Positions 22,493-35,172 of a stretch of DNA of 64,000 nt are shown piece after piece; within the stretch, counting starts at the first letter, position 1; the number at the start of each line of letters is the position of its first letter. The translations under genes were made by a program, and so were the position numbers. Source of the stretch: Octopus sinensis (lineage: Eukaryota); assembly GCF_006345805.1 (NCBI RefSeq), contig NC_042999.1, positions 130,696,001 through 130,760,000 of the forward strand. Direction: 5' to 3'. The notes beneath the pieces are model-generated. The model saw only the letters and a program-made list of their open reading frames with translations, had not been told where the DNA came from and searched no databases.

Positions 22493-23215
22493 CGTGCACA
22501 TACACACACAGCAGTAGTCTGGTGATTTAGAGAACTGAGAAGATCGATCTCCACCCAAATCCCTACGAATAAATCGATAAATAAATAGATAAATAGACAT
22601 ATCAAATAGATAAATAAATAGATAAATAAGTGAAAAGTAAACTAGAAGAAATTCTAATACATTCTGTATTTTATTTTATGACAAGTAATGGGTTCCGCAT
22701 ATTTTTATGTGAAAGACATAATTGATTTTAGAATGTCATTGTGTAATATGTTGGGAAATTGCCGTGGTTTCTATGCATTTGTAAATAATTAAGCGAATGT
22801 AATTACAGATGATGCATGTATTATTACAGGCATGCATATGAATTAAAACTCTCAGTCTGAGTTATTCTTTTGTTGCATAAATTATCAATGAGTCTGGTGT
22901 ATTTTGTTATGATGTGGAAAGAATTGTTTTGGATGACTTGTGATGAATTGACTGGGAGTCGAGACACAATTTTACATTGGACACAGCTAACACGGTGATT
23001 AAACTCACTATGGATCTCATTATCCAATAATAGAGAGGAAGATTTTGTTTAGTAATTAAAATGTAGCTGGATATTTTTAGCTGAGTTATATTCTCCAATC
23101 ATTTAAAATTTTCAAACTTACAAAACGTAAAGAAACATTGTACAACATCGTTCGATTTGTTCATTTCCTGAAGTGTAGAATACAAGAACATCAACACCAT
23201 ATTAAGGCTCTAGAA

Positions 23216-24123
23216 CAGGGGGTGTCAAACTCAATTTAGTTCACGGGTCACATATCAAGCCAATTTGATCTCAAGCGGGTCTACATCACGAATGAATTAA
23301 GGCCAGTTGTGCAACATCCGTAATGTCCGTGCTCTCATCATTTGCAACCGAAAATGCAAAAAATTACTTGAACTTTGTGCTTCAGTTGCCTGTCCTAATC
23401 TGCAGAAATATCTGAAATCCTACCTGCTACAATGTTTCCCGTCAGGCTAATGTTGGCAAAAATCTGTCGCTTCTCAGAGCATACAATTTGTGCAACCTTC
23501 AGTATGTATGTTTTCACAAACTCACCCTCACAGTACGGCTTTGATGCTAATAGCAACAAGGTAACTAGCTTTTACAGCTGCCTGGCTGATATCTCGGCTT
23601 TGGCTTAAAGCAGACTGTTGTTTCTTCAGATCCGCTATCAATATATTTACCTTCTGTCTTATCATTTGTTCTTGCAAGTTATTGTATTTGTCGGCATGAT
23701 GAGTCTCATAGGGGCACCAAATGTTATATTCCTTGAACACTGAAACCTGCTGCGAAAACACCAGGCGCCCAGGTTTCCCATTCACTTCTACGAATAAATA
23801 AGAAACGGACCACTTTTCTTGAAATAATCTACACTCTGTATCCACTTTTCTCCTTTTTTGTTAAAGATATTTTGGGTAAGGTAAAACAGAGAGAAATGTT
23901 AACTTAAAAAAGGAAAACATTGTTAGTCATTGAATTAATTTCAATAAAATATATTTATTCCAATACGATATTTAAACAAATCAGTCATACTGAAACAATC
24001 AACTTTCATAATAATAAGTAAGTAAATATATAATTTTTACACTTTTGAAAGTCATCTCGCGAGCCGGATGAAACCCTGCAGCGGACCGGTTCCGGCTCGT
24101 GGGCCATATGTTTGACACCCTTG
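23216..24123 (-). mobile_element. Internally deleted hAT transposon (Charlie/SPIN group, GTF2IRD2-like transposase N-terminus)
   Basis: TIRs CAGGGGGTGTCAAAC / GTTTGACACCCTTG; TSD CTCTAGAA / CTCTAAAA (NTCTAGAN-type). ORF 23528-23845 reads DTECRLFQEKWSVSYLFVEVNGKP..KEYNI..YETHHADKY..LKKQQS..AAVKASY. Confidence 0.9.
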
Positions 24124-24199
24124 CTCTAAAAATTTAAGATACTTTGAAATGTTCTCTGTCTCCTCTTCTTTCAATCATTCTTTATCCATTTTATTGGTC

Positions 24200-24425
24200 A
24201 GAAAATCTGTCCCGATACTGACAAAGCCAGTAGGTTGTTGCAGATGACGCATATAATATTGTAAGTGCTTAGAGCTCTCTTGATAATCCTTGCTACTCCT
24301 AAGAAACTTCCCGCGAGAGCTCTATAGAGCATTATATTCCAATCTCCTTTAGCCATTTGTCTATATCCTTGCTTACTGTTTCCAACGCACCAATTATTAT
24401 AGACACGACCTTGACAGTTATTCTT
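24200..24425 (-). mobile_element. R4/Dong-type (restriction-like endonuclease) non-LTR retrotransposon, 3' end
   Basis: TVKVVSIIIGALETVSKDIDKWLKEIGI*CSIEL..LGVARII matches the C-terminal V.P..IGALG..LGTA.I motif; the 5' junction abuts (TAA)n. Confidence 0.75.
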
Positions 24426-24429
24426 GTTA

Positions 24430-24472
<43 letters not shown>

Positions 24473-24479
24473 GTTATTA

Positions 24480-24650
24480 CTAGCAGAATCGCTAACACGC
24501 CGGACGAAATGCTTACTGGTATTTCGTCTGTCTTTATGTTCTGAGTTCAAATTCCGCCGAGGTCGACTCTGCCTTCCATCCAGTAGCGAACTGGGTCAAT
24601 CTCATCGACTGGCCCTCTCCCCCCAAATTTCGGGCCTTGTACCTAGTTTC
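24480..24650 (+). mobile_element. SINE family A with internal deletion
   Basis: CTAGCAGAATCGCTAACACGCCGG..GAGTTCAAATTCCGCCGAGGTCGAC; the core is collapsed at ATCC|AGT. Confidence 0.8.
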
Positions 24651-24718
24651 GGGTTCAATCCTACTACAGGTTCCATCTATCCACTGTTTGATAGATCCTG
24701 TGTGGAAGCCCGTCGTAT

Positions 24719-24780
<62 letters not shown>

Positions 24781-25078
24781 TAGACTCTAGCTCAAGTTCC
24801 GAGACTGAACTGAACCCACCACCGCTTGACAAATAGTATTGGTTTGTTCACGCCCCCTGTAACTTAACAGTTCAGCAAAAAGAGATCAATAGATTAAGTA
24901 CCAAATTTAAAAGTAAGTATTGTGGTCAATTTGTTCGACTAAAACCCTTAAAGACGATGCCCCAGCATGGCTGCAGCCCAAATGACTGAAGCGAGTGTAG
25001 CTGTGCGGTAAAAAGTTTGCTTCTCAACCACATGGTTCCGGGTTCAGTTCAGTCTCGGAACTTGAGTTAGAGTCTACA
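24648..25078 (+). mobile_element. Rearranged SINE family B copies
   Basis: B head remnant, GAAGCCCGTCGTAT(GT)n, B 3' half at 24817-24995 and a second B head at 25000-25048, with non-consensus inverted inserts. Confidence 0.75.
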
Positions 25079-25086
25079 CACACACA

Positions 25087-25215
<129 letters not shown>

Positions 25216-25269
25216 CATATATATAAAACCAAGGGAAGATGAAAGAGGCTAGATCGGTTTAGCATGCAT

Positions 25270-25408
25270 GTATATCTTCTATCTTTTATCTTTTAATTGT
25301 TTCAGTCAGTGAACTGTGACCATGCTGGAGCGCCGCCCGAAGGGTTTAGTCGAAGAAATCGACCCCAGTACATACTTTTTTTTTATACCTGGTACTTATT
25401 CTATGGTT
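25270..25408 (-). mobile_element. SINE family B, 3' end
   Basis: TGTTTCAGTCA..CCATGCTGGAGCGCCGCC..TTTAGTCGAAGAAATCGACCCCAGTAC..GGTACTTATTCTAT. Confidence 0.8.
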
Positions 25409-25678
25409 TTAAATTTCTCCATGATTCACTCTGTTCTTTATCCTTCCAGTTTGATAAAATATATACCAGTTATATACTGGACCCGATTTCATCGATATTC
25501 TAACTTTAGAAAGCATTAATTTCCTTATTATTATCAGCATTAACAACATGTAACCCGTGATTATATAAATTCAATTCAGTTTTATAACGGATGTAGGATG
25601 TTCCTTTCAATACAATCGACTGTTGTTCTATTATGTATGTATGTATGTATGTATGTATGTATGTATTATGTATGTATG

Positions 25679-25710
<32 letters not shown>

Positions 25711-26380
25711 CATGCATGTATGTATGTATGTATGTATGTATGTATGTATGTATGTATGCACGCATGCATGTGTGTGTATGTGTGTGAGTGCGCGCCCGCA
25801 CGTGCTTCTAAGATCCACCACTTGACCTTCAATGAATGCTTTGTGCATTTCAATCGATTGAGGATTGTCTTTGAATTGAAAACATCCGTTTTTGTCATGC
25901 GGTTAAGGTTGAAAAATGTAGGAAACTTGATTAATATACTTTTATACAGAACGGTGATCATGTGGAATGACAAGGCATTTTTATTACCAGCTTTGTATTT
26001 ATTTTAGCTAAAATTTATTTTGGATGTTGTATGTGTGTCTGGGTGCAGTGATAGTAGTGGCTGTGATGGGAGAAGTGTACTGCACGCCAGAAATAAATTG
26101 ATAAACGAATAAAATAGATGCTTGTCTGTCTAAATTTAGTTGGTAGAAATACTACAGTTTTATTAACTCTTCAGCATTGAAACCAACCATATCTGGCACA
26201 AATATTCTGCTTGTTTTACGTTCAAACTGGCCGTATCCGACCTCTTACACCTACCCTACAATATCATTCTAAAAATAAGCAATGACATCATTGAAATATG
26301 GAAGCTACGAGCTAATGTATGGTTAATTCAAAGCAATGTAAATAAATAAACATTGCATTTTACAGAATAATCTGAATACT

Positions 26381-26675
26381 CTTTTACTCTTTTACTTGTT
26401 TCAGTCATTTGACTGTAGCCATGCTGGAGCACCGCCTTTAGTCGAGCAGATCAACCCCAGGACTTATTCTTTGAAAGCCTAGTACTTATTCTATCGGTTC
26501 TTTTGCCGAACCGACAAGTTACGGGGATGTAAATACACCACCATCGGTTGTCAAGCGATGTTGGGGGGACAAACACAGATACACAAACGTATACACACAT
26601 ACATACATACATACATACATACTACATACATACATACATACATACATACACACATATATATATATATATTATATA

Positions 26676-26724
<49 letters not shown>

Positions 26725-26891
26725 ATATATATATACACGACCGACTTCTTTCAGTTTCCGTCCACCAAATCCACTCACAAGGCTTTGGTCGGCCCGAGGC
26801 TATAGTAGAAGGCACTTGCCCAAGGTGCCACGCACTGAGAATGAACCCAGAACTATGCGGTTGGTAGGCAAACTACTTACCACACAGCCAC
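26381..26891 (-). mobile_element. SINE family B, full length
   Basis: Head (rc) GTGGCTGTGTGGTAAGTAG, CORE-like GCGTGGCACCTTGGGCAAGTG, internal (TA)/(TACA) tract, (TAAAAGAG)n tail. Confidence 0.9.
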
Positions 26892-28119
26892 TAGAGTTAA
26901 TATAATCCCATCATTTGAGACTATTCTAACTAAAGGCAGTGGTTTGGCAGAATCGTTAAAGAGAATGCCTTGTGGTATTCAATCACTATCATTTATGTTC
27001 TGAGCTAAAATGTCACCAAGGTCGACTTTGCTTTTCATCAAACCGGGGCAATAAAATACATACCGATTACTAGAAACTTCGGGCCGATGTACGTACGTCA
27101 CTTGTATACTGGTCGTCTATCTGACTGTTCTATAATAAACAGTTGCTGCACGTCGTTCAGCTCTGATGGCCTACGGATGATGCTCATTTTAACAGTTTGT
27201 TGTCATTGCTGTCTGAAAGAAAACATCCCGACTGAAGCTTCTGTAAGTTTGTTTCGGTGTCTTTGAATCTTTTGCGAACAGAGCATGCGCTAGCTTGAAG
27301 ACGCGTCGTCTATTTTATGCTGAGCTAGTATAATAGTTTTGGTTTTTATAGAGTGTTGTTGCTGAATCGTGTCATTTATGAAGTAAAATGTTAATCACGA
27401 CGAAACTAAAAGTACTAAAAGTAAAAGATTGCCTGGTCATACTGGGATAGACTTTGTTGTTGCATCTCACAGTCCCTGTCGATGCATGAGAAATCCTTTT
27501 CAAACACCCAGACACTTATAAAACTAGTACGACCACGTATACAACAACGTGTAACAATATACATAAAAATGAGCCAATCACGGAGATTCTAGAGTGTTAC
27601 TTGACTGCGAGATTTAGCGACCATTTTCCCTCAGATCACATCCAACCACCTTAAAAATAAAGAAAAGAAAATCATTAGACAATGTGGTGTTGAATATCTC
27701 TAAAAAGACCGAATAATTAATTTGGTATGCTTTTGATCATAGGTTTGTTCAATAAATGATAGTAGTGAGCTAAACAACAACTACTACTGCAACATATCTT
27801 ATCTCTCCTACCCAGTCCTGACTAAAAAAAAAAAAGAAGAAGGTAACATACATACAGAAATAGCTTCAGAAACAAGAACCCTATTTGCGACAATTATTAT
27901 ATTAGGATGCACATCGTTTAATAAATGTATAGTAACAGGAACTGTCACATTCTGACTGAGTCTACCATGCAAGATTTCTACAGGCCTACAAGAATAGACT
28001 AGATATTTAAGAAAGAGCATATATCCAGAATATTGGGCTGTATCCTGTACGATTCATCTCTTGCATATTGGTGTGTGCAATACTGTCCTTAGTTAGGTGA
28101 AGACAGTTATATCTGTAAA

Positions 28120-28510
28120 CTAGCAGTATAGCCCGGCGTTGCTCGGGTTTGTTTCCTTTTCGACCCTTTAGAATTGGAATTTTTGAAAAGTAAAAATTTT
28201 GCATTATGTAGCTTGTTATTCTCTTTAAGTGAACATTTTTCTGGTTGAACTACACCGAAAAATGGCGACACAGCAGTCAAAAAATCGTAAAAAATAGGGA
28301 TTTTCATAGAAAAAAAGCACCTTTTTGATGTAAATAACTTTTGGTCTTAACATGGTCCGATTTGAAGTTTTCTTCTACGGAATGAAGAGCAAGTCTTCTT
28401 TTATCATACTCTCAATTTTGGTCAACTTGCGCCGCAAGGTCTCGGAGGAGATAGTGTTAGTTGAAGGCTGCCAAACCTGCCATACACAGACAACTTCAGC
28501 TTTATATATA
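28120..28510 (-). mobile_element. Non-autonomous Helitron, ~390 bp, apparently complete
   Basis: 3' end (rc) CCCGAGCAACGCCGGGCTATACTGCTAG|T: hairpin plus CTAG. The 5' end TATATAAAGCTGAAGTTGTCTGTGT merges into (TA)n. Confidence 0.8.
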
Positions 28511-28543
28511 TATATATTATATATATAATATATATATATATAT

Positions 28544-28586
<43 letters not shown>

Positions 28587-28630
28587 AGATAGATAGATAG
28601 ATAGAGAGATAGATAGATAGATAGATAGAT

Positions 28631-28673
<43 letters not shown>

Positions 28674-29623
28674 TATGCTTCGTTGTTAGACCGGCTAACT
28701 GGATATCATAAGATTGCTTGGTCAAGATGACCTTGGGCTACACAACAACAACTTTTGTTATGAACTAATAAAGAAGTATCTACGGAAGGTTTTACAGCCA
28801 AATCTCCTTCAGATCACATCCTACTGTCTCAACTTGAACGCATGAGATAACGTACACCATATTTGAAAAATAAGATAGATAGCATTGATTGTAATGCATT
28901 TGGTCGTAGCTGCCTTCGATTTTGGATGACTTGGAGTTAAACAACAACTCTGAGTACTTAGCAGCATTAGTGTTATCAAATGCAATGACATGGGGAGTTC
29001 TTTTTGGATTACTCTGACCAAAGATAAGAAATCAAGTGTTTACTCAAGGAAGACAGGCGTATTATTTGATGTTTCGTATTATTTGATATTTTTGTACAGG
29101 CGTACTAATTGATTATTATTTGTGCTTTGTTGTCAGTGACAGTTCCATCTGTATCCAGCGTTTTTGCATCTTTCCGTAACGTTCCAAGCTTTTGTTTGGC
29201 TCTATTGCAAATGGTGAACATATATTTCTCTCTCACCGGATTGTTTACGGTAACACCCTTTTCATTACCTGTTTAATTCAAACAACTATTGCTTTGCGTT
29301 TTATTGGCTCCAATGTTGGTCATTCGTCCGAGTTTTCATCCTGGTGGTATATGTGTTAAAGGTTAGATATCGCATGTCTCTTTTCGCCTGTGATCTATTT
29401 TTCTGGTGTAACTAGCACACATTTAGAGCTAATCTTTTGTTTATTAAGTATTCCAAGTAATGATTCCTTTTAAATATTCTATTTCATTATATCAAAATTA
29501 TAACATGATATAAATTACTTTTGGTATTGTTTACTTGTGGGAGAGTAGCTTACTGGGAGTTGAACGGTAACAAAACCTACTTAACACTTTAGTGTCTTAG
29601 ATTACCTTCATGATTACGTGTGT

Positions 29624-29697
<74 letters not shown>

Positions 29698-29930
29698 GTG
29701 TTTCTTTGAGAGTTTTATTTAAGTTCTTCTTCAGTGAGCTCAAGCCGGTCGCTAACAAAGTTACATGACTTTTTAAGTTAAGACTTCCCGGTGTTTGTAA
29801 ATATGTTGTTTGAGTTGGTTGAGTAGCTGTGTTGGTTGAACTATCGATGCATATACCAATATATGCACGTATGTATGTATGTATGTATGTATGTATGTAT
29901 GTATGTATGTAGTATGTATGTATGTATGTA

Positions 29931-29963
<33 letters not shown>

Positions 29964-29982
29964 ATGTATGTATGTATGTATG

Positions 29983-30870
29983 TAGGGGAGACCGGGTCTA
30001 GTTGTTACATTTTTTTCATTTTTTTGTCTTGGCACTCACAGAAATGAACCCAGCTGAAGTTTGTTTTCAGATTTAATTAGTAAAACATCTCTATTTATTG
30101 TTATCACCAGTAAAACAAACAGAAATTACATAACATTAATTAGACAAGTTCTAATTAATGAGGTGGTGTCAGCTGTAACAATTTTCTCCGAGTGCGGAGT
30201 ACGTTGTGACACTTACTGGGGCACTTTGTTACAACTGTCGATAACTCGGAATTGTTAACGAACAAGTTTAAAATGAATACATCTCCTGCTTCTTGCATCT
30301 AGGAAGTATCATTTTAATTAATTAACTGTACTTTGAACCACCTCATATCCTAACTGTGATACTGAGAGTCCTCATCAGCCAATTTCCCCATTGTTACATG
30401 TACCATCTAGTCGGAATCGTCCTCCATTAACTTCTCACCACACAGATCACACAGAAAGTCCTGTCGTCCATCGGTACAGTCATTGTGTGCCCAGTCTTTA
30501 CAGATCATGCATTGCACCCATTCTTCACCCGGAAGGGAGTTAGAATACCAATCTGAGCAGACAAGATATTTCAATCGGTGACTTGCTCGCTGCGAGGCTT
30601 CTTCCCTTTGCTTTTAGCTGTTTTAGTTGACTTTCCCTTCCTTTTTGTTGACTTTTCTGTACCAGTTGCCTTCTTTTGTTTGGATTTCCGTTCGTTTATT
30701 TCATCCACTATGCGCTATTTTACGGCAACATTCCGTAACGTTTTCTTTTCATCCGCAACCTTTTTGGCGGCTCTTTCCATGACATCAGGAGGGGTATCCC
30801 CCCTTGTAGTCTTCTTTTTGTAATTTCTAGGTATGGCGTGTTAAACTGAAACAAAACAGAAGGGGTAGAT
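29983..30870 (-). mobile_element. Internally deleted pogo/Tigger-like DNA transposon with C-terminal PHD finger
   Basis: TA+GGGGAGACCGGGTCTAGTTGTTACA terminus at 29983. Minus 30834-30407 reads (I)PRNYKKKTTRG..DVMERAA..LRNVAVK* (HTH-psq-like), joined to a Lys-rich linker and LVC..EEWVQCMICKDWAHNDC..FLCDLC (PHD). Start codon lost, one stop, one frameshift. Confidence 0.8.
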
Positions 30871-32195
30871 ATATTTAAGGACATAATGTCTCCGAAGTTA
30901 AACTGATGTTATTCTTGTGCTTGTTGGGCTGTACATGCATACAATATAGTATGTAGTTTATATCTAATGTACTAATTGTATGTCTAATATGTTTATGGTA
31001 ATGTGCAGAGTGACATTATATTATATAAAACTTGTAATCGTTTGCAAAACTTTTTAACGTTTACATTCTTTTACAGTTCTGTAACAAGTAATCACCGATG
31101 TCAATGTCTGTTCTTAAAACAAATTCGCTCCATTCTACCGTGACGACCTTTAAGTTGACGATGACGAAATCGGGACAGATGACAACGTAATCGAGACTGG
31201 TGTTAACGAAATTAATGCTTATGATGTCGAATTTGAGGGTGACGCTGACAAGAATGAGGTTGATAATAACGAATTAGGGGGAGGGGGAGACCACTAATGT
31301 TACTCACATGGGAAAAGCTGAAGTTATTTCGTTTGCTCTAACTTGATTCACACTGACAACATTTCTGAGATATTCATAAAATGTTGGTTCTTCTCCCAAA
31401 CGAACTTCATGAATGTTAATGAGACATTGAATACAGATTCTTAACTACAGCATTTTAATAACTTCGGGAGACGACTGTTCTCCTTTGCCTTTGGCAGTCA
31501 GTCTCTTAGTGTTTCTCGTTATTCTGACGTTAGACGGAAAACATTACGCCTTCTTTCGTTTCAATTTCGTTGGCAGAATTATTAGAGTCGGACAAATGAC
31601 TGCAGATTTTAATTACAGCCCTTTAATTTACGAGTTCAAATCGCGCTGATGTCAACTCTGCCTTTCATTCTTTTCCAGCTTTAATAAAATAAAGTACTAT
31701 TCAAGCCGTGGGGCAGATTTGATATCGGAACAATGCATTCATATATAATGTGAATGGAATTATCATTGATCTTGGTCCGCTAGATCTATTCTAATTATAG
31801 AAAAAAAATAGATGCACTTTACATGTAGCGAAAGTTGCGGTCTGATATCTTCCAGATGTGACTAAGATTGAACAACTTGTAATGGAATCAGTTCTATGAC
31901 CCGAAAACAAAATTAGTTTTGTTTCCACGTACGGCTTTACGTCATCGTGCTCAGCAGTGCGCGCGTGCTTCAGCATGTATGTGTATGTGAATGTATTTAA
32001 TTGCATGTAAGGATGCACTTATGTGTTTACACGCAGATAAGTATCTCTTGTTCTAGTTGGTTTTGGGAAATTGTTAGTGAATATCTTCGTACGAAAGCAA
32101 AGTTATTAACTACTTTATAATTGTTCTGATATAAACATTTGCAACAGCTTGTCTACGCAACTGATATATACGTGTGTATATCTATCTATCTATCC

Positions 32196-32238
<43 letters not shown>

Positions 32239-32271
32239 ATATATATATATATATAATATATATATATTTAC

Positions 32272-32304
<33 letters not shown>

Positions 32305-32842
32305 CATGTATGTATGTATGTATGCATGCGTGTGTGTGTGCAGATTTTAATTCTTCCAGGGGTAATACTTGTTTAGGAACTTCTATTTTATGGGTGTTTT
32401 GTTGCGGTATACACGTGCGCGTGCACACACACACACACACTCTCCCTCTCTCCCTTTTTCTCTCTCTCTCCCTCTCTCTCTCCCTTCCTCTCTCCCTCCC
32501 CCCCCTCTCTCTCTCTCTCTCGTGCGTGCACGTATATGTGTGCTTGTCTGTAACAACGTTGTAGCTTGCTTGAAGCATTGTGATAAGGAAGTAAAATAGA
32601 TATAAACGAAGAATTTCTTACAATGCAGAAGCAGAAATAGATTTAATAACTTTATTATATGTTTCAGGCACAAAGGTCTATCGTCAAAATTAAATAACCC
32701 GAAAATCATCGGTCCATTCAAATAATGTCAAATGTTAGTTGTGGTGTGGACAAGGAAGGTAGAAGGGTTGGTCGTAAACAAAGGAAGTGGGCCTACGGCA
32801 TACCGTGGTAGTAACAGCAGTGAGCACATAACATATATGTAA

Positions 32843-32902
<60 letters not shown>

Positions 32903-32919
32903 GCTCTTTCACACACACA

Positions 32920-33132
32920 GAGTTGTGAAAAGTTCCTTGCTTTGGGTAAAATAAATACAGGAGGATCAGTTAATTATGATTTTATTCAACAAATTCCCCT
33001 CTCAAATTCGCACACTTATTGCAGCGGTCTTTCAATTTTTCTAAGACCTGTAAAAGAACACGGAAGGTTGGGCTTCCAGCCAGACCTTTCGCAACACTCT
33101 TAAAGTCAGGAACTTTTCAGCACCCCTTCGTA
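32920..33132. mobile_element. Tc1/mariner-type MITE (same family as 7013-7234)
   Basis: GAAAAGTTCC..AATACAGGAGGATCA.TTAATTATGATTTTATTCAACA..GGAACTTTTCAGCACCCCTTCGTA. Confidence 0.78.
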
Positions 33133-33193
33133 CATACATGAAAGTTTGGTTTTACAACTGGGAGAAACAGGGTTCAATATGTAATATAGTGCA

Positions 33194-33396
33194 TAAGACG
33201 GCGAGCAGGTAGAGTCGTTAGCACGCCGGGCAAAGTGCTTAGCGCCATTTTGTCCATTTTTACGTTCTGTGTTCAAATTCCGCCGAGGTTGACTTTTTCT
33301 TTCATCCTTTCGAGGTCGATAAAATAAGTACCGTTTGACTCCTGGAGGCGATGTAATCGACTTCCCTCCTTGCCTTGTGCCAAAATCTAAAACCAA
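33194..33396 (+). mobile_element. SINE family A
   Basis: TAAGACGGCGAGCAGGTAGAGTCGTTAGCACGCCGGGC..TTCATCCTTTCGAGGTCGATAAAATAAGTACC. Confidence 0.85.
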
Positions 33397-33917
33397 TTTG
33401 TAATACAGAGTATATGTAATCTTTTAGTAGATGAAAATTGCTACCGAAGTGATTCAGTGGGCTATAATTTAATGTCGTTGCACTTACATCTATTTCAGTT
33501 ATCCTTCGCTCAAAAGGGTATCAAACTATACTAATTAGATATTTAAATGCAAGTGAATGCACAGTTCCTTTGCCGTGGTCTAATAAATCTGCTAAAAATA
33601 TTGTTCTACACCTACCTGTACACTGTTACTTTCTTATATTTCTTTCTCCTTGAACATTGGCTCAGATGCGTGTGCGTATATACATACATAGTTACACACA
33701 CACACATGTATTTAGTCTTAGAACCTATAAGTCAGAAAAAGCATATACTTGTCAATAGAGTGGATATATTAGCATTTATGCTAAAGAGTATTTATAGGTT
33801 CAGTTCAGTTAATTTAAACAGTCAATTTCACACACGAGTTAGAGAAGACCCTAATACGGCGCTAGTCAGAAGGGCCAACGAAACTGATTGGTAAAATCGG
33901 CTGAAATGGCTTTATAA

Positions 33918-34008
<91 letters not shown>

Positions 34009-34090
34009 CTTTTATTTGCCTATCATTTGACTGCGGCCATGCTGGAGCACCGCCTTTATATATTTATATATATGTATAAATATATATTTA

Positions 34091-34164
<74 letters not shown>

Positions 34165-35094
34165 ATATATAATATATATATATATACATGTATCTATATA
34201 CATATATATATATATGTAAACCTTTATATATGTGTATGTATATTTACGTGTGTGTGTGTGTTCGGTTAAAAATATCATTGCATAGGTAGCTGAGAAGGGT
34301 TTTAAAATGAAAATACTGAAATGATGACAGGGTATATGAGGCGGCATACATTAAAATATTTATTAAGCATGTGTAGATTAATGTAGGTTAAAGAAAAAAA
34401 ATATATATCCATTAAAGAAAACGTATATGCCCATACATAGGGGGAGAATTATTGACTAGGAAGGAGGTGTTTAAGTTTCGGTGCTGTTTGGGCAAATGAA
34501 AAAGAACACATGGAGATAGGAAACGTACACTGAAGTTCATCATACCATGTAAGATAAAAAAAAAAGAAGATATTTGGAGAAATAGAAGAAATTAGCTATA
34601 CTAGACATTTGAATAGTATATGGTGGATAAGCTTCACTGTAATATGGCTGTTGTAACATTAGTTGATAACACCGAGAAGGAGATATATGTACGTATTATC
34701 TACGTTACTTCGTAATATCTGGGGAAAAGGTTGGCTTGTTGAACTCACGAAGGGAGAAATGTAAGGTCAAGACTGTGCCAGTTTGTTTATGTTATTTACG
34801 ACTTGTGAGTAAAAGTTAGAAACAAATGCAATGCTTGTACTGAGAGAAGCTGAAGTAATATGGTGGAATAATGTTATGAAGGAGATTAACTTCATTGCAC
34901 CATGATATGCAATGCCTTATAGTATGTAGAAACGTGTGGTAGCTTTATGCGTGTATGTGGTAAACGTGCAATTTTAGCCTCATTTTACCATATAGATACT
35001 GTGATCGAAAAACATTTCTTTTTCCTCTCTGAGACAAGAAAACTAATAATAGGTGATAAGCCTAACTAGTGACAGAGTTTACTCCCCACCCCGC

Positions 35095-35172
<78 letters not shown>

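Noticed and set aside
22880-23030. Cadherin-like phrase IDWESRHNFTL
   Set aside because: Adjacent double stop and no other cadherin motifs (PxF, DxD, DxNDN).
29130-29400. Possible CR1/L2 linker remnant on the minus strand
   Set aside because: Only a vague GTLRKD..DNKAQI resemblance; too decayed to call.
31100-31290. Acidic stretch (DDDEIGTDDNVIE..) as a piggyBac N-terminus
   Set aside because: Composition fits, but no TTAA/CCC terminus or catalytic motif was found.
34440-34960. L1/Tx1-like 3' coding remnant (also 57330-57700)
   Set aside because: Fragmentary matches (DKLH, EVIWW) amid many stops; plausible but not supportable without alignment.
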